DNA of 64,000 bases from Anaerolineae bacterium (GTDB taxonomy: Bacteria > Chloroflexota > Anaerolineae > S140-20), in assembly GCA_027021705.1 (NCBI GenBank), contig JALUTT010000092.1:32001-96000 (forward strand), in the 5' to 3' direction. A program made the position numbers and the translations under genes. This document shows, piece by piece, positions 1 through 8,468 of this stretch. Under the pieces are notes generated by a model. The model made no database searches and was not told the origin of the DNA. It was given only the letters and a program-made list of their open reading frames with translations. The stretch's first letter is position 1, and every line of letters begins with the position of its first letter.

Positions 1-1082
1 GGGTGGCCCCGGCGGTGGCCGAGGCGGCGATGGCCTCCGGCGTCGCCCGGCGCCCCATTGACCTGGACGTCTACCGGCGGGAGTTGGAGGCCCGCCTAGG
101 GCCGGGCCGGGTGCTGATGCGCACCTTGCTCGACCGGGCCCGGACTTCGCCGAAGCGAATCGCCTTCGGCGAGGGGGAGGAGCCCAAGATCATCCGAGCC
201 GCCGCCCGCATCCTGCAGGAAGGGATCGGCCATCCCATCCTCCTGGGCCGCCCCGAGGTGATCGCCCGCCAGATCGAGGAGCTGGGGCTGGAGTTCGAGC
301 CGGAGGTGGTGGACCCGGCCCGGTCGTCCCGACGGGAAGCCTACGCCGAAGCCCTCTATCGGCAGCGACAGCGCAAGGGTGTGACCCGGCAACGGGCCCA
401 GGAGCTCATCACCCAGCCCAACTACTTCGGCGCGATGATGGTTCAGCAGGGGGACGCCGATGCCTTCATCTCCGGTCTCACCTCCAACTACCCGGAGGTG
501 CTGCGCCCTGCCCTCCAGGTGGTGGGAACGCGCGAGGGGGTGAGACGGGTAGCCGGGATGTACATTATGCTGGTCAACGACCAGGTCTACTTCTTCACCG
601 ACGCCACCGTCAACATCGAGCCCAGCGCTGAGGACCTGGCCGAGATCGCCATCCTGGCTGCCGACGCTGCTCGGGTCTTCAACGTGGAACCCCGGGTGGC
701 GATGCTTTCCTTCTCCAACTTCGGGAGCACCCGCCATCCGCTGTCGGAGAAGGTGCGCCGGGCGGTGGAGATCGTGCGGGAGCGCCGGCCCGACATCGCC
801 GTGGATGGCGAGATGCAGGCCGATACCGCCGTCGTCCCGGAGATCGTCGAAGAGCGCTATCCCTTCAGCCGGGTGAAGGATGCCAACATCCTCGTCTTCC
901 CCAACTTGGAAGCCGCCAACGTGGCCTACAAGCTCCTGAACCGGCTGGGCGGAGCCGAAACCATCGGCCCGGTGCTGATGGGGATGGGCAAGCCCATCCA
1001 CGTCCTGCAGGCTGGCGACGCCGTCGAGGAGATCGTCCGCATCGCCGCTGTCGCCGTCCTGGATGCCCAACTGCGGGAGTGA
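1..1082 (+). CDS. maeB: NADP-dependent malic enzyme, C-terminal part including the PTA-like domain (5' truncated by window edge)
   Basis: End of the ME domain (VAPAVAEAAMASGVARRPI) is followed by a PTA-like domain (KRIAFGEGEE, FFTDATVNIEP, VAMLSFSNFGS, DGEMQADTA, ANILVFPNLEAAN, GPVLMGMGKPIHVL). Confidence 0.9.
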   Translation, partial: VAPAVAEAAMASGVARRPIDLDVYRRELEARLGPGRVLMRTLLDRARTSPKRIAFGEGEEPKIIRAAARILQEGIGHPILLGRPEVIARQIEELGLEFEPEVVDPARSSRREAYAEALYRQRQRKGVTRQRAQELITQPNYFGAMMVQQGDADAFISGLTSNYPEVLRPALQVVGTREGVRRVAGMYIMLVNDQVYFFTDATVNIEPSAEDLAEIAILAADAARVFNVEPRVAMLSFSNFGSTRHPLSEKVRRAVEIVRERRPDIAVDGEMQADTAVVPEIVEERYPFSRVKDANILVFPNLEAANVAYKLLNRLGGAETIGPVLMGMGKPIHVLQAGDAVEEIVRIAAVAVLDAQLRE

Positions 1083-1182
1083 TCCCAAGGGCGTCTGCGC
1101 GGAGGCCAGCTGCGCTGGTCGGATCAGGGTGCCGGCGGAGGCGGGCAGAGCGCGGACCCGTGTCAAAGTCTGAGGGCGAACG

Positions 1183-1416
1183 ATGTACCCCCTCTCTGCC
1201 CGGACCGATGTGCCTAGGATAGACGACGACCGATGCCGGTGTTGCCGGCGCTGTCTGGCCGCCCAGACCTGTCGCTATCACGCCTTCGTCCGCTTCGACC
1301 GGGAGGAACCGCCAGTGATTGACGCAGCCCGCTGCGGTGGCTGCCGCATTTGCATCCCGGCCTGCCCCTTCGATGCGGTGCTGCCGCCCAATGGTCGGGA
1401 CCTTCCGCCCTGGTGA
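1183..1416 (+). CDS. small 2x[4Fe-4S] ferredoxin-like protein
   Basis: CRCCRRC...C and CGGCRICIPACP motifs; 77 aa. Confidence 0.75.
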   Translation: MYPLSARTDVPRIDDDRCRCCRRCLAAQTCRYHAFVRFDREEPPVIDAARCGGCRICIPACPFDAVLPPNGRDLPPW

Positions 1417-1437
1417 TGGGACAGACTACCGACCGCG

Positions 1438-2847
1438 ATGTTGCAGACCTTCTTCGAGGCCAACCAACAGATCCTCTACTTCATCTACGGCCAGGTCTAC
1501 TTCGTGATGGCCATCGCCATCGCCCTGCGTCCTGGGACAAGGAGCCGCCTGGAACTGGCTCGCACGCTGCCGCTGCTGGCCCTCTTTGGTCTGACCCAGG
1601 CGTTGGTGGAGTGGGGGCGGGTCTTCATCCCCATCCAGGCCACCTACACGCCCCTGGCCCTCGTTCAGTTGCTCCGCGTGGCCCAGCTCCTCATTCTGGC
1701 CCTCTCCTACGCTTTCCTGATGGCCTTCGGGCTTCAGGTCCTCTCTCCTCGTCGGCTTCCGCCTCCGGTAACCCGCTGGTTCCCCTGGGTCCTCTACCTG
1801 GTCTGGGGGGGGCTCCTCTTGTTGATCTGGGTTCTCCTCCCAGACCGCCTCGACCGGCTCCTGACCATCGGAGACGTGAGCTGCCGCTACCTGCTGGCCC
1901 TGCCCGGCGGCGTGCTGAGCGCCTGGGGGCTGCGCCGCCAATCGGAGCGGGTCATCCGCCCTCTGAAAGAGCCCCGCATCTACGACTTCCTGCGGTTGGG
2001 GGGGATCGCCATCGCCGGCTACACCATCCTGGCTGGCCTCATCGTCCCCCCGGCTCCCTTCTTCCCTGCCTCTTGGCTGAACGAGGCCCGCGTAGCAGCC
2101 CTGCTGGGAGGCATCCCCATCGCCGCCCTCCGCGCCTGTTTTGGCTCGATCTTGGCTTACGCCATCCTCCGTGCCCTGGACGTCTTCCACCTGGAGACGG
2201 AGCGCTGGATCGAAGAGATGGAGCGGGCCCAGGCCCTGGCCGAGGACCGGGAGCGGATCAGCCGGGAGCTTCACGACGGCACCATCCAGTCCATCTACGC
2301 CGCCGGCTTGATGTTGGAGGACGTCCGTCAGTCTCTGAACGAAGACGTGGAGCGGGCCCGGGTCCAGTTGGACCGGGTGATGCACAGCCTGAACCAGACC
2401 ATCCGGGACATCCGCAACTACATCTTCGACCTGCGGCAGGACGAGATGGTGACGGACCTGGAGGAGGGCGTCCGCCAACTCCTAAAGGACTTCCGGGTCA
2501 ATACCCTCGTCGAGGTGAACTACCACGTGGAAGGGAAGGGGCCGCCACCGCTAAGGCCGGAGCAGACCCGGCACATCATCCAGATCGTGCGCGAGGCGCT
2601 GAGCAACGTCGCCCGACACGCCCGTGCCCGCCGGGTGGACGTCCGACTGCGCTACGGTGAGAACCAGCTCACCTTGCGCATCGCCGATGACGGTGTGGGC
2701 TTCCCGGTGACCGGCGTGGGGGAGGGAGGGCGCGGGCTGCGCAACATGCGAGAACGGGCCCAGCTCCTGTACGGGGCCCTCGTTGTCGAGGGCGAACCGG
2801 GCCGGGGCGTCACCGTGGCGCTGACCGTCCCCTACGAGAAGCCATGA
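1438..2847 (+). CDS. membrane-bound HisKA_3 (NarX/LiaS-type) sensor histidine kinase
   Basis: Multiple N-terminal TM helices; H-box DRERISRELHDGTIQSIY; EALSNVARHA, IADDGVGF and GRGLRNMRERA boxes. Confidence 0.9.
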   Translation: MLQTFFEANQQILYFIYGQVYFVMAIAIALRPGTRSRLELARTLPLLALFGLTQALVEWGRVFIPIQATYTPLALVQLLRVAQLLILALSYAFLMAFGLQVLSPRRLPPPVTRWFPWVLYLVWGGLLLLIWVLLPDRLDRLLTIGDVSCRYLLALPGGVLSAWGLRRQSERVIRPLKEPRIYDFLRLGGIAIAGYTILAGLIVPPAPFFPASWLNEARVAALLGGIPIAALRACFGSILAYAILRALDVFHLETERWIEEMERAQALAEDRERISRELHDGTIQSIYAAGLMLEDVRQSLNEDVERARVQLDRVMHSLNQTIRDIRNYIFDLRQDEMVTDLEEGVRQLLKDFRVNTLVEVNYHVEGKGPPPLRPEQTRHIIQIVREALSNVARHARARRVDVRLRYGENQLTLRIADDGVGFPVTGVGEGGRGLRNMRERAQLLYGALVVEGEPGRGVTVALTVPYEKP

Positions 2848-2932
2848 GGGGCAAGGGAGCAACGGGCCAATGAGGCACCCGGAAAGAAGCGATGAGGTTT
2901 AAGGAGGCTATAGGTTCAGGGGGAGGAGAGCG

Positions 2933-3589
2933 ATGGGAAGGCATCTGCGCATCCTGATTGTGGACGACCACGAAGTGGTGCGGCTGGGGCTGCGCACCTT
3001 GTTGGACCGCCACCCGCAGTTCACCGTTGTGGACGAGGCCGGCACAGCCCGGGAGGCGGTGCAAAAGGCCCTCCAGCACCAGCCCGACGTCGTGGTGATG
3101 GACATCCGGCTGCCCGGGGGGAGCGGCATCGAAGCCTGCCGCAAGATCACGGAGCAGATCCCGGAGGCCAAGGTGATCATGCTCACCTCCTACGCTGAGG
3201 ATGAGATGCTTTTCGACGCCATCACAGCGGGTGCGGCCGGCTACGTGCTCAAGCAGATCGGCTCCGACGACCTGGTGCGGGCCATCGAGACGGTGGGCCG
3301 GGGCGACGCCCTGCTGGACCCGGCGCTGGTGCAGAAGGTCTTCGACCGGGTGCGGGAGGCCGCCCGCAAGGAGGAAGCCGCCGCCTTCGCCGACCTGACG
3401 GAGCAGGAGCTGCGCGTCCTGGCCCAGGTGGCCAAGGGGAAGACGAACCGGGAGATCGCCCAGGCCCTCTACCTGGGGGAAGGGACGGTGCGCAACTACG
3501 TCAGCAGCATCCTCAGCAAGCTGGGGCTCTCCAACCGAGCAGAGGCGGCCGCCTACGCCGTGGAGCACAACATCGAGGACTACTTGTAG
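2933..3589 (+). CDS. NarL/LuxR-family response regulator
   Basis: REC domain ([21 protein letters not shown]) plus LuxR HTH (LTEQELRVL...[27 protein letters not shown]); SD GGAGGAG upstream. Confidence 0.93.
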   Translation: MGRHLRILIVDDHEVVRLGLRTLLDRHPQFTVVDEAGTAREAVQKALQHQPDVVVMDIRLPGGSGIEACRKITEQIPEAKVIMLTSYAEDEMLFDAITAGAAGYVLKQIGSDDLVRAIETVGRGDALLDPALVQKVFDRVREAARKEEAAAFADLTEQELRVLAQVAKGKTNREIAQALYLGEGTVRNYVSSILSKLGLSNRAEAAAYAVEHNIEDYL

Positions 3590-3595
3590 GGGGTA

Positions 3596-3659
3596 CAGTC
3601 CGCAGTCCGCAGTCCGCAGTCCGCAGTCCTCAGTCCTCGGCCCTCGGTCCTCAGCCCTC
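3596..3659. repeat. heptamer tandem repeat (CAGTCCG/CAGTCCT/CGGTCCT family)
   Basis: About 9 degenerate 7-bp units start a few nt after the response-regulator stop codon. Confidence 0.9.
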
Positions 3660-3690
3660 CGTCGGCGGTCGGCGATCGGATAATCACCAT

Positions 3691-4767
3691 ATGGATGCCG
3701 AAGGTTTGTTGGAGCAACTGGTCCGCATTGAGAGCGTGAGCGGACAAGAGGAAGCCGCTGTCGCCTTCCTGGTCGAGGCGATGAGCCGGCTGGGCTTTCA
3801 CGCCTACACCGACGAGGCCGGCAACGCCGTGGGCGAACTGGGAGACGGCCCCGACACGGTGGTCCTGTTGGGCCACATAGACACCGTGCCCGGTCGGGTC
3901 CCCGTGCGCCGGGAGGGACCGTGGCTCTATGGGCGCGGGACGGTGGACGCCAAGGGACCGCTGGCCGCCTTCGTCGCCGCCGCTGCCCAGGTCGGTCCCC
4001 AACCAGGCCGGCGCCTCGTCGTCGTCGGGGCCGTCGAGGAGGAGGCAGCCACCTCCAAAGGGGCACGCCGGGTCCGGGACCGTTTCGCCGATGCCCCTCC
4101 CAGCGCCTGCATCGTGGGGGAGCCCAGCGGCTGGGACCGGGTGACGCTGGGGTACAAGGGCCGGCTGCTGGTGGAGGTGACGCTTCAACAGCCGGCTGGC
4201 CACACAGCCGGTCCCCACGGGGGCGTTGCCGAAGCGGGCGTCCTCCTCTGGCAGGCCCTGCAGGCGCACGCGGAAGCCTTCAACGCCGGCCGGGAGCGGG
4301 CCTTCGACCGGCTCCTCCCCTCCCTGCGCCGTTTCCAGACCGGGAGCGACGGCCTGACCGACCAGGCCCATCTGACCATCGGGCTGCGGCTCCCGCCCGG
4401 CTTAGAGCGGGCGGCGCTGGAGGCGGCGCTGGAGGCAGCGGCCCGCCGGGTCGAGGCGGCCACCCCGGCCCGGGTCCACCTCACCACCCACGGCTACGAG
4501 CCCGCCTTCCAGGCCCCCCGGAGGAACAGCCTGGTACGGGCCTTCCTGGCCGCCATCCGGGCGGAGGGGGGGCGGCCTCGCTTCGTCCTCAAGACCGGCA
4601 CATCCGACATGAACGTCGTGGGGCCGGTGTGGGGCTGTCCCATCGTCGCCTACGGGGCCGGCGACGCCGCCCTGGACCACACCCCGGAGGAACGGATCCA
4701 CCTGGGCGAGTTCCGGCGCAGCATCGCCGTGCTCAGCCGTGTCCTCCAGCACCCCCCCGCAGGCTGA
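3691..4767 (+). CDS. lysK: [LysW]-lysine/ornithine hydrolase (M20 family)
   Basis: [50 protein letters not shown] and DHTPEE motifs typical of LysK. Confidence 0.85.
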   Translation: MDAEGLLEQLVRIESVSGQEEAAVAFLVEAMSRLGFHAYTDEAGNAVGELGDGPDTVVLLGHIDTVPGRVPVRREGPWLYGRGTVDAKGPLAAFVAAAAQVGPQPGRRLVVVGAVEEEAATSKGARRVRDRFADAPPSACIVGEPSGWDRVTLGYKGRLLVEVTLQQPAGHTAGPHGGVAEAGVLLWQALQAHAEAFNAGRERAFDRLLPSLRRFQTGSDGLTDQAHLTIGLRLPPGLERAALEAALEAAARRVEAATPARVHLTTHGYEPAFQAPRRNSLVRAFLAAIRAEGGRPRFVLKTGTSDMNVVGPVWGCPIVAYGAGDAALDHTPEERIHLGEFRRSIAVLSRVLQHPPAG

Positions 4768-4771
4768 AGAG

Positions 4772-4873
4772 ACTGTTCACCCTCCCGCAGGTTAGGCGCG
4801 TTTCCGACGCGAAACCGTGCTTCAAATAGCCTATCGGGGCTGAAAGCGCCCTCGACCGGTGACCTACGGGAGG
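4772..4873. repeat. ~100 bp palindromic-ended dispersed repeat (CCCTCCCGCAGGT family), copy 1
   Basis: Reverse-complement near-identical to 34643-34750; ends are ACCCTCCCGCAGGT...ACCTACGGGAGG. Confidence 0.85.
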
Positions 4874-4894
4874 AATCAGACAAGGAGGCATCCG

Positions 4895-5374
4895 ATGACT
4901 TCCCCAGCCGAGAAGATCCTGCCCAAGATGCAGGCCACCCATCAGGAGTTGGTGACCCTGATCAAGGGTCTGGACCAAGAGACCCTGAACCGGCGGCCAC
5001 CGGAAGGGGGCTGGAGCATCCGGGAGAACCTGGCCCACCTGGTGGACGCGGAGCGGGCTCACCGGCGGTTCGTCGAGGCCGTGTTGGAGGGACGTCCCAT
5101 CCGCCGTCTGGAGGGTTTCGACCTGGACCGATGGAACGAGGAGCGCGTCGCCCGTCGGGCCAATCAGTCCGCCGACGAACTCCTGGAGGCGCTGGAGGCT
5201 GAGCGCCGGGAGACCCTGGCCCTCATCACCGCGCTTCCCGACGATGCCTGGGAGAAAGAAGGGGATCACCCGGTCCTGGGCCGGGTCAGCGTGCAGCACG
5301 TGCTCAAGATCATCGGCATCCACGAGCGGATGCACCTGAAAGAGATGCGGCAGTTGGCTTCGATACAGGCGTAG
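4895..5374 (+). CDS. DinB/YfiT-family protein
   Basis: WSIRENLAHLVDAE and HERMHL metal-binding His motifs; SD AAGGAGG precedes the ATG at 4895. Confidence 0.8.
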   Translation: MTSPAEKILPKMQATHQELVTLIKGLDQETLNRRPPEGGWSIRENLAHLVDAERAHRRFVEAVLEGRPIRRLEGFDLDRWNEERVARRANQSADELLEALEAERRETLALITALPDDAWEKEGDHPVLGRVSVQHVLKIIGIHERMHLKEMRQLASIQA

Positions 5375-5401
5375 GCTAACAGGCGTGGGCTAATGGAACC
5401 G

Positions 5402-6301
5402 TCAAACGGCGCGGGTGACAATGCCGACGGCGGCAACCCAGACCAGCACCTGGACGATCAGGCTCCCTGCCCAGAGCAGGTAGGCCGCCACCCGCTCCCG
5501 CCGGTAGAGGAGAAACCCGAGGGTGGTGTTGGCCAGCAGCGTCAGCAGCCCGATGAGAGGAAGGTAGAAGACCCGGATGCGCCGGACCCATCCCCCCGCC
5601 TCGCCCGCCGCATTGACCCGCAGGGGCACCTGGTCCGGCAGGCTCGGATAGCGCCAGCAGAGGAAGCCAACGAGGAGGAGCAGCAGCAGCCCCCCTGACA
5701 TCAGCAGCCCGACCCCCAACCGGTCGGACCAGAAGGCCCAGGAGAAGATGGCCGGCTGCTCCGAAACCTGATCCACCATCTGGGTTGGTCCCATCTCCAG
5801 CCGCACCCGCAGAGCTTCGCTGAAGCCCTCCAGGTCGGCTGGCGAGATGGCGTAGGTCAGGGCCGGCGTGCTGATCCAGACCTGGCGCTCCAACGGGGCG
5901 GTGGCGTAGAAAAGCACTGGTCCCAGCGTCTCCGCCTCTCCGTACCCCATCTGGTATCCCGGCCAGCGAACGCCCCGGAAGCGCACCCGCTCCCGGACCT
6001 GCGATCCCGGGATCACCCGCACCACGTTGGCCATCGGGATCACCTGGCGGGTCGCTCCCCAACGGATCACCAGCCGGTTGCGGTCGAGGTTGTAACCCGC
6101 TCGGAGAAGCCCATCGAGCCAATAGAGCAGCAGCCCCAGCAGCAAGAGGCTGCCCACCAGCAGCAGGGCGAGCAGAAAGGTTCCCAGGTCGAGAGGCCGC
6201 TGGCGGACCACCCGCACGATCCAGCCGTCCGCGGCCACCAGAAGCAGCAGGAGCCCCACCCCAATGGCCAGTCCCAGGCGACGATCCACAGGGAAATCCA
6301 T
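5402..6301 (-). CDS. membrane protein with bacterial PH-like domain and DUF1648-like C-terminus
   Basis: Two N-terminal TM helices; GYNLDRNRLVIRWG...YAISPAD PH-like core; YPSLPDQVPL followed by TM helices. Confidence 0.65.
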   Translation of the reverse strand: MDFPVDRRLGLAIGVGLLLLLVAADGWIVRVVRQRPLDLGTFLLALLLVGSLLLLGLLLYWLDGLLRAGYNLDRNRLVIRWGATRQVIPMANVVRVIPGSQVRERVRFRGVRWPGYQMGYGEAETLGPVLFYATAPLERQVWISTPALTYAISPADLEGFSEALRVRLEMGPTQMVDQVSEQPAIFSWAFWSDRLGVGLLMSGGLLLLLLVGFLCWRYPSLPDQVPLRVNAAGEAGGWVRRIRVFYLPLIGLLTLLANTTLGFLLYRRERVAAYLLWAGSLIVQVLVWVAAVGIVTRAV

Positions 6302-6348
6302 ACCTTTGCCCCTTTTCGGTAGCTTCAGAGGTTGCGGGGACTACGAGG

Positions 6349-6445
6349 ACCCTCCCGCAGGTTCTCTCCACGCCCTGAAGCGCGTCGCAGGCAGCCTCCG
6401 ATAAGCCGTTGCGGTCGCCGGGCACCATGTGACCTGCGGGAGGGT
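6349..6445. repeat. CCCTCCCGCAGGT-family element with a different interior
   Basis: ACCCTCCCGCAGGT at 6349-6362 and its exact inverse ACCTGCGGGAGGGT at 6432-6445. Confidence 0.8.
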
Positions 6446-6456
6446 GACAAGGGGGG

Positions 6457-6485
6457 ATTATACAGACCCCGGCCCCATCCGTCAA
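6457..6485 (-). promoter_or_regulatory. sigma70-type promoter for the PH-domain gene
   Basis: Minus strand reads TTGACG-N17-TATAAT. Confidence 0.7.
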
Positions 6486-6553
6486 CCGTGGAGGCAATTT
6501 GACCAATTGCCCCACCCCCCGCTCCCGAGATGCGAGCAATCACCAAGGGGGCT

Positions 6554-6582
6554 TTGCGTTTTCTGCAACCCTGAAGTACAAT
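6554..6582 (+). promoter_or_regulatory. sigma70-type promoter for the signalling operon
   Basis: TTGCGT-N17-TACAAT, ending 36 nt before the ATG at 6619. Confidence 0.6.
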
Positions 6583-6618
6583 TCTTAGCAGAGGTCCTTC
6601 CCCACCCCAAATCCGGCT

Positions 6619-7668
6619 ATGGAAGCGATCGCCTTACGCAAGCTGCTCCGTCGAGACCTGATAACCGCTGTGCTGGCCGACTTCGCCCGGCTCCTGCCCT
6701 CGTCCGGCTCTCTTTGCCTCTACGACCGGGATGGTCGGGTCCTGGCTGCCTATCCGGCCCCACCATCTCCCGAGCCTGTCGAGGCCATCCGGGCCGTCCT
6801 GGATGGCAGCGGCGCTGTCCCCTTTCCCGGCGGCGTGGCCGAGCCCCTCCTCGTTCAGGGCCGGCCGATAGGGGTCTTGGTGGGAACGGTTGTGGACGTC
6901 CCTCCCTTGCCTGCCCGAAAGGCAGCGGATCCGCCGGCCCTCCACCCCCTGCTCCGGGCGCTGGCGGGGGCGCTGGGCCAGATGGCAACCCTGGCCCTGG
7001 AGAACCGGGCGCTGGCTCTAGAGGCTCTGGACCGCTACCGAGAGTTGAACCTGATCTACCGGATGCAGACGGAACTGGGTGCCGAGCTGGACCCGGACCA
7101 GATCGCCACCCGGGTTCTGGCCGAGAGCATGCGGGTGATCAAGGCGACCCGTGGGGCGATCCTGCTCCTCAGCCAGGACGGACAGAGTCTTGTGGTTCAG
7201 ACTTGCGAGGGGCTGTCCCTGGAGCGCGATCGCTATCCGGCGACGGAAGGGCTCGCTGGTCAGGCTCTCTCCCAACGCCGTTCTTTTCTCATCAACGATC
7301 TAAAGCGGGACCGGCAGCAGGGAACGCTGGAAGCCCATGCCCGTTCCCTCCTCTTCGTCCCCCTGTTGGTGGGGGAGAGGGCACTGGGGGTGATCTGCCT
7401 CTTCGACAAGAAGGGGGGCAAGATCTTCACGGCCGGCGACGAGAAGCTGCTCAACGCCTTGGCCTCTCAGGCCGCTGTTGCCTTCCAGACCGCCCGCCAG
7501 GTCGAGGAGCGAGAGCGCCTCCTGCGCCAGCAGATTCAGGCCCTCCGGGTGGAGATTGACGAGATCAAGAAGCAGCGCCAGGTGGCCGCGATCACCAGCA
7601 CGGACTACTTCGCCCATCTGCAGGCGACCGCCCAGCGGATGCGACAGGAGTTCGAGGAAGAGACCTGA
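6619..7668 (+). CDS. GAF-domain protein with C-terminal coiled-coil/IEIDE-type tail and no enzymatic output domain
   Basis: GAF hallmarks (GLAGQAL, SLLFVPLLVGERALGVICLFDK, FTAGDEKLLNALASQAA); tail LRVEIDEIKKQRQVAAITSTDYFAHLQATAQRMR. Confidence 0.8.
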   Translation: MEAIALRKLLRRDLITAVLADFARLLPSSGSLCLYDRDGRVLAAYPAPPSPEPVEAIRAVLDGSGAVPFPGGVAEPLLVQGRPIGVLVGTVVDVPPLPARKAADPPALHPLLRALAGALGQMATLALENRALALEALDRYRELNLIYRMQTELGAELDPDQIATRVLAESMRVIKATRGAILLLSQDGQSLVVQTCEGLSLERDRYPATEGLAGQALSQRRSFLINDLKRDRQQGTLEAHARSLLFVPLLVGERALGVICLFDKKGGKIFTAGDEKLLNALASQAAVAFQTARQVEERERLLRQQIQALRVEIDEIKKQRQVAAITSTDYFAHLQATAQRMRQEFEEET

Positions 7669-7682
7669 CCGAGACAAGGAGC

Positions 7683-8462
7683 GTGAGGGTGGCCCGACTG
7701 ATCTCCTTCCATTCCTTTCGAGGTGGGACGGGCAAGTCCAACATCACCGCCAACGTGGCAACGGCGGTAGCTCAGGCCGGCTATCGTGTGGGCGTCGTGG
7801 ATACCGACATCCAATCACCAGGCATCCACACCATCTTCCGGTTGGATGAAGGACAGATCCACCGAACCCTGAACGACTACCTGTGGGGACGGTGCGCCGC
7901 CGAGGAGACCGCCTACGACGTGAGCCGCCGGCTGGGGCTGCAAACGGGTCGCCTCTTTCTCGTCCCTTCCAGCATGGATATGTGGGACATCTCCCGCGTG
8001 CTGCACGAAGGGTACGATGCCCGCCAACTCCGCGATGGCTTCAAGACCCTCATCCGCACGCTGGACTTGGACTACCTCCTGATAGATACCCATCCGGGGT
8101 TGAACGAGGAAACATTGCTCTCCATCGCCATCAGCCACATCCTGGTGGTGATCCTGCGCCCCGACGCTCAGGACTACCAGGGCACCAGCGTCACGCTGGA
8201 AGTGGCCCGCAAGCTGAGCGTCCCCCGCATCTACCTGGTGCTCAACAAGGTGCTGCCTGACCTGGACGCTAGGGCACTGCAGCGGGTGGTAGAGGAGCGC
8301 TATCGGACGCCCATCGGGGCGATCCTGCCCCTGTGCGAGGAACTGGTGCGCCTGGGCAGCGAGGGGGTCTTCCTCCTCCAGCAGCCCAACCACCCCTTCT
8401 CCCAAAGGATCCGAGAGTTGGCGGAGACCATCCTGGGTCCCGCCGAGAGCCCCCAACCGTGA
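7683..8462 (+). CDS. MinD/ParA-family ATPase
   Basis: Deviant Walker A HSFRGGTGKSN; VVDTDIQSPG; LLIDTHPG; VLNK. Confidence 0.88.
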   Translation: MRVARLISFHSFRGGTGKSNITANVATAVAQAGYRVGVVDTDIQSPGIHTIFRLDEGQIHRTLNDYLWGRCAAEETAYDVSRRLGLQTGRLFLVPSSMDMWDISRVLHEGYDARQLRDGFKTLIRTLDLDYLLIDTHPGLNEETLLSIAISHILVVILRPDAQDYQGTSVTLEVARKLSVPRIYLVLNKVLPDLDARALQRVVEERYRTPIGAILPLCEELVRLGSEGVFLLQQPNHPFSQRIRELAETILGPAESPQP

Positions 8463-8468
8463 TGGACT

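Noticed and set aside
7683..8462. bona fide cell-division MinD or chromosome-partition ParA
   Set aside because: No minC, minE or parB neighbours, an altered signature Lys, and a position inside a signalling operon.
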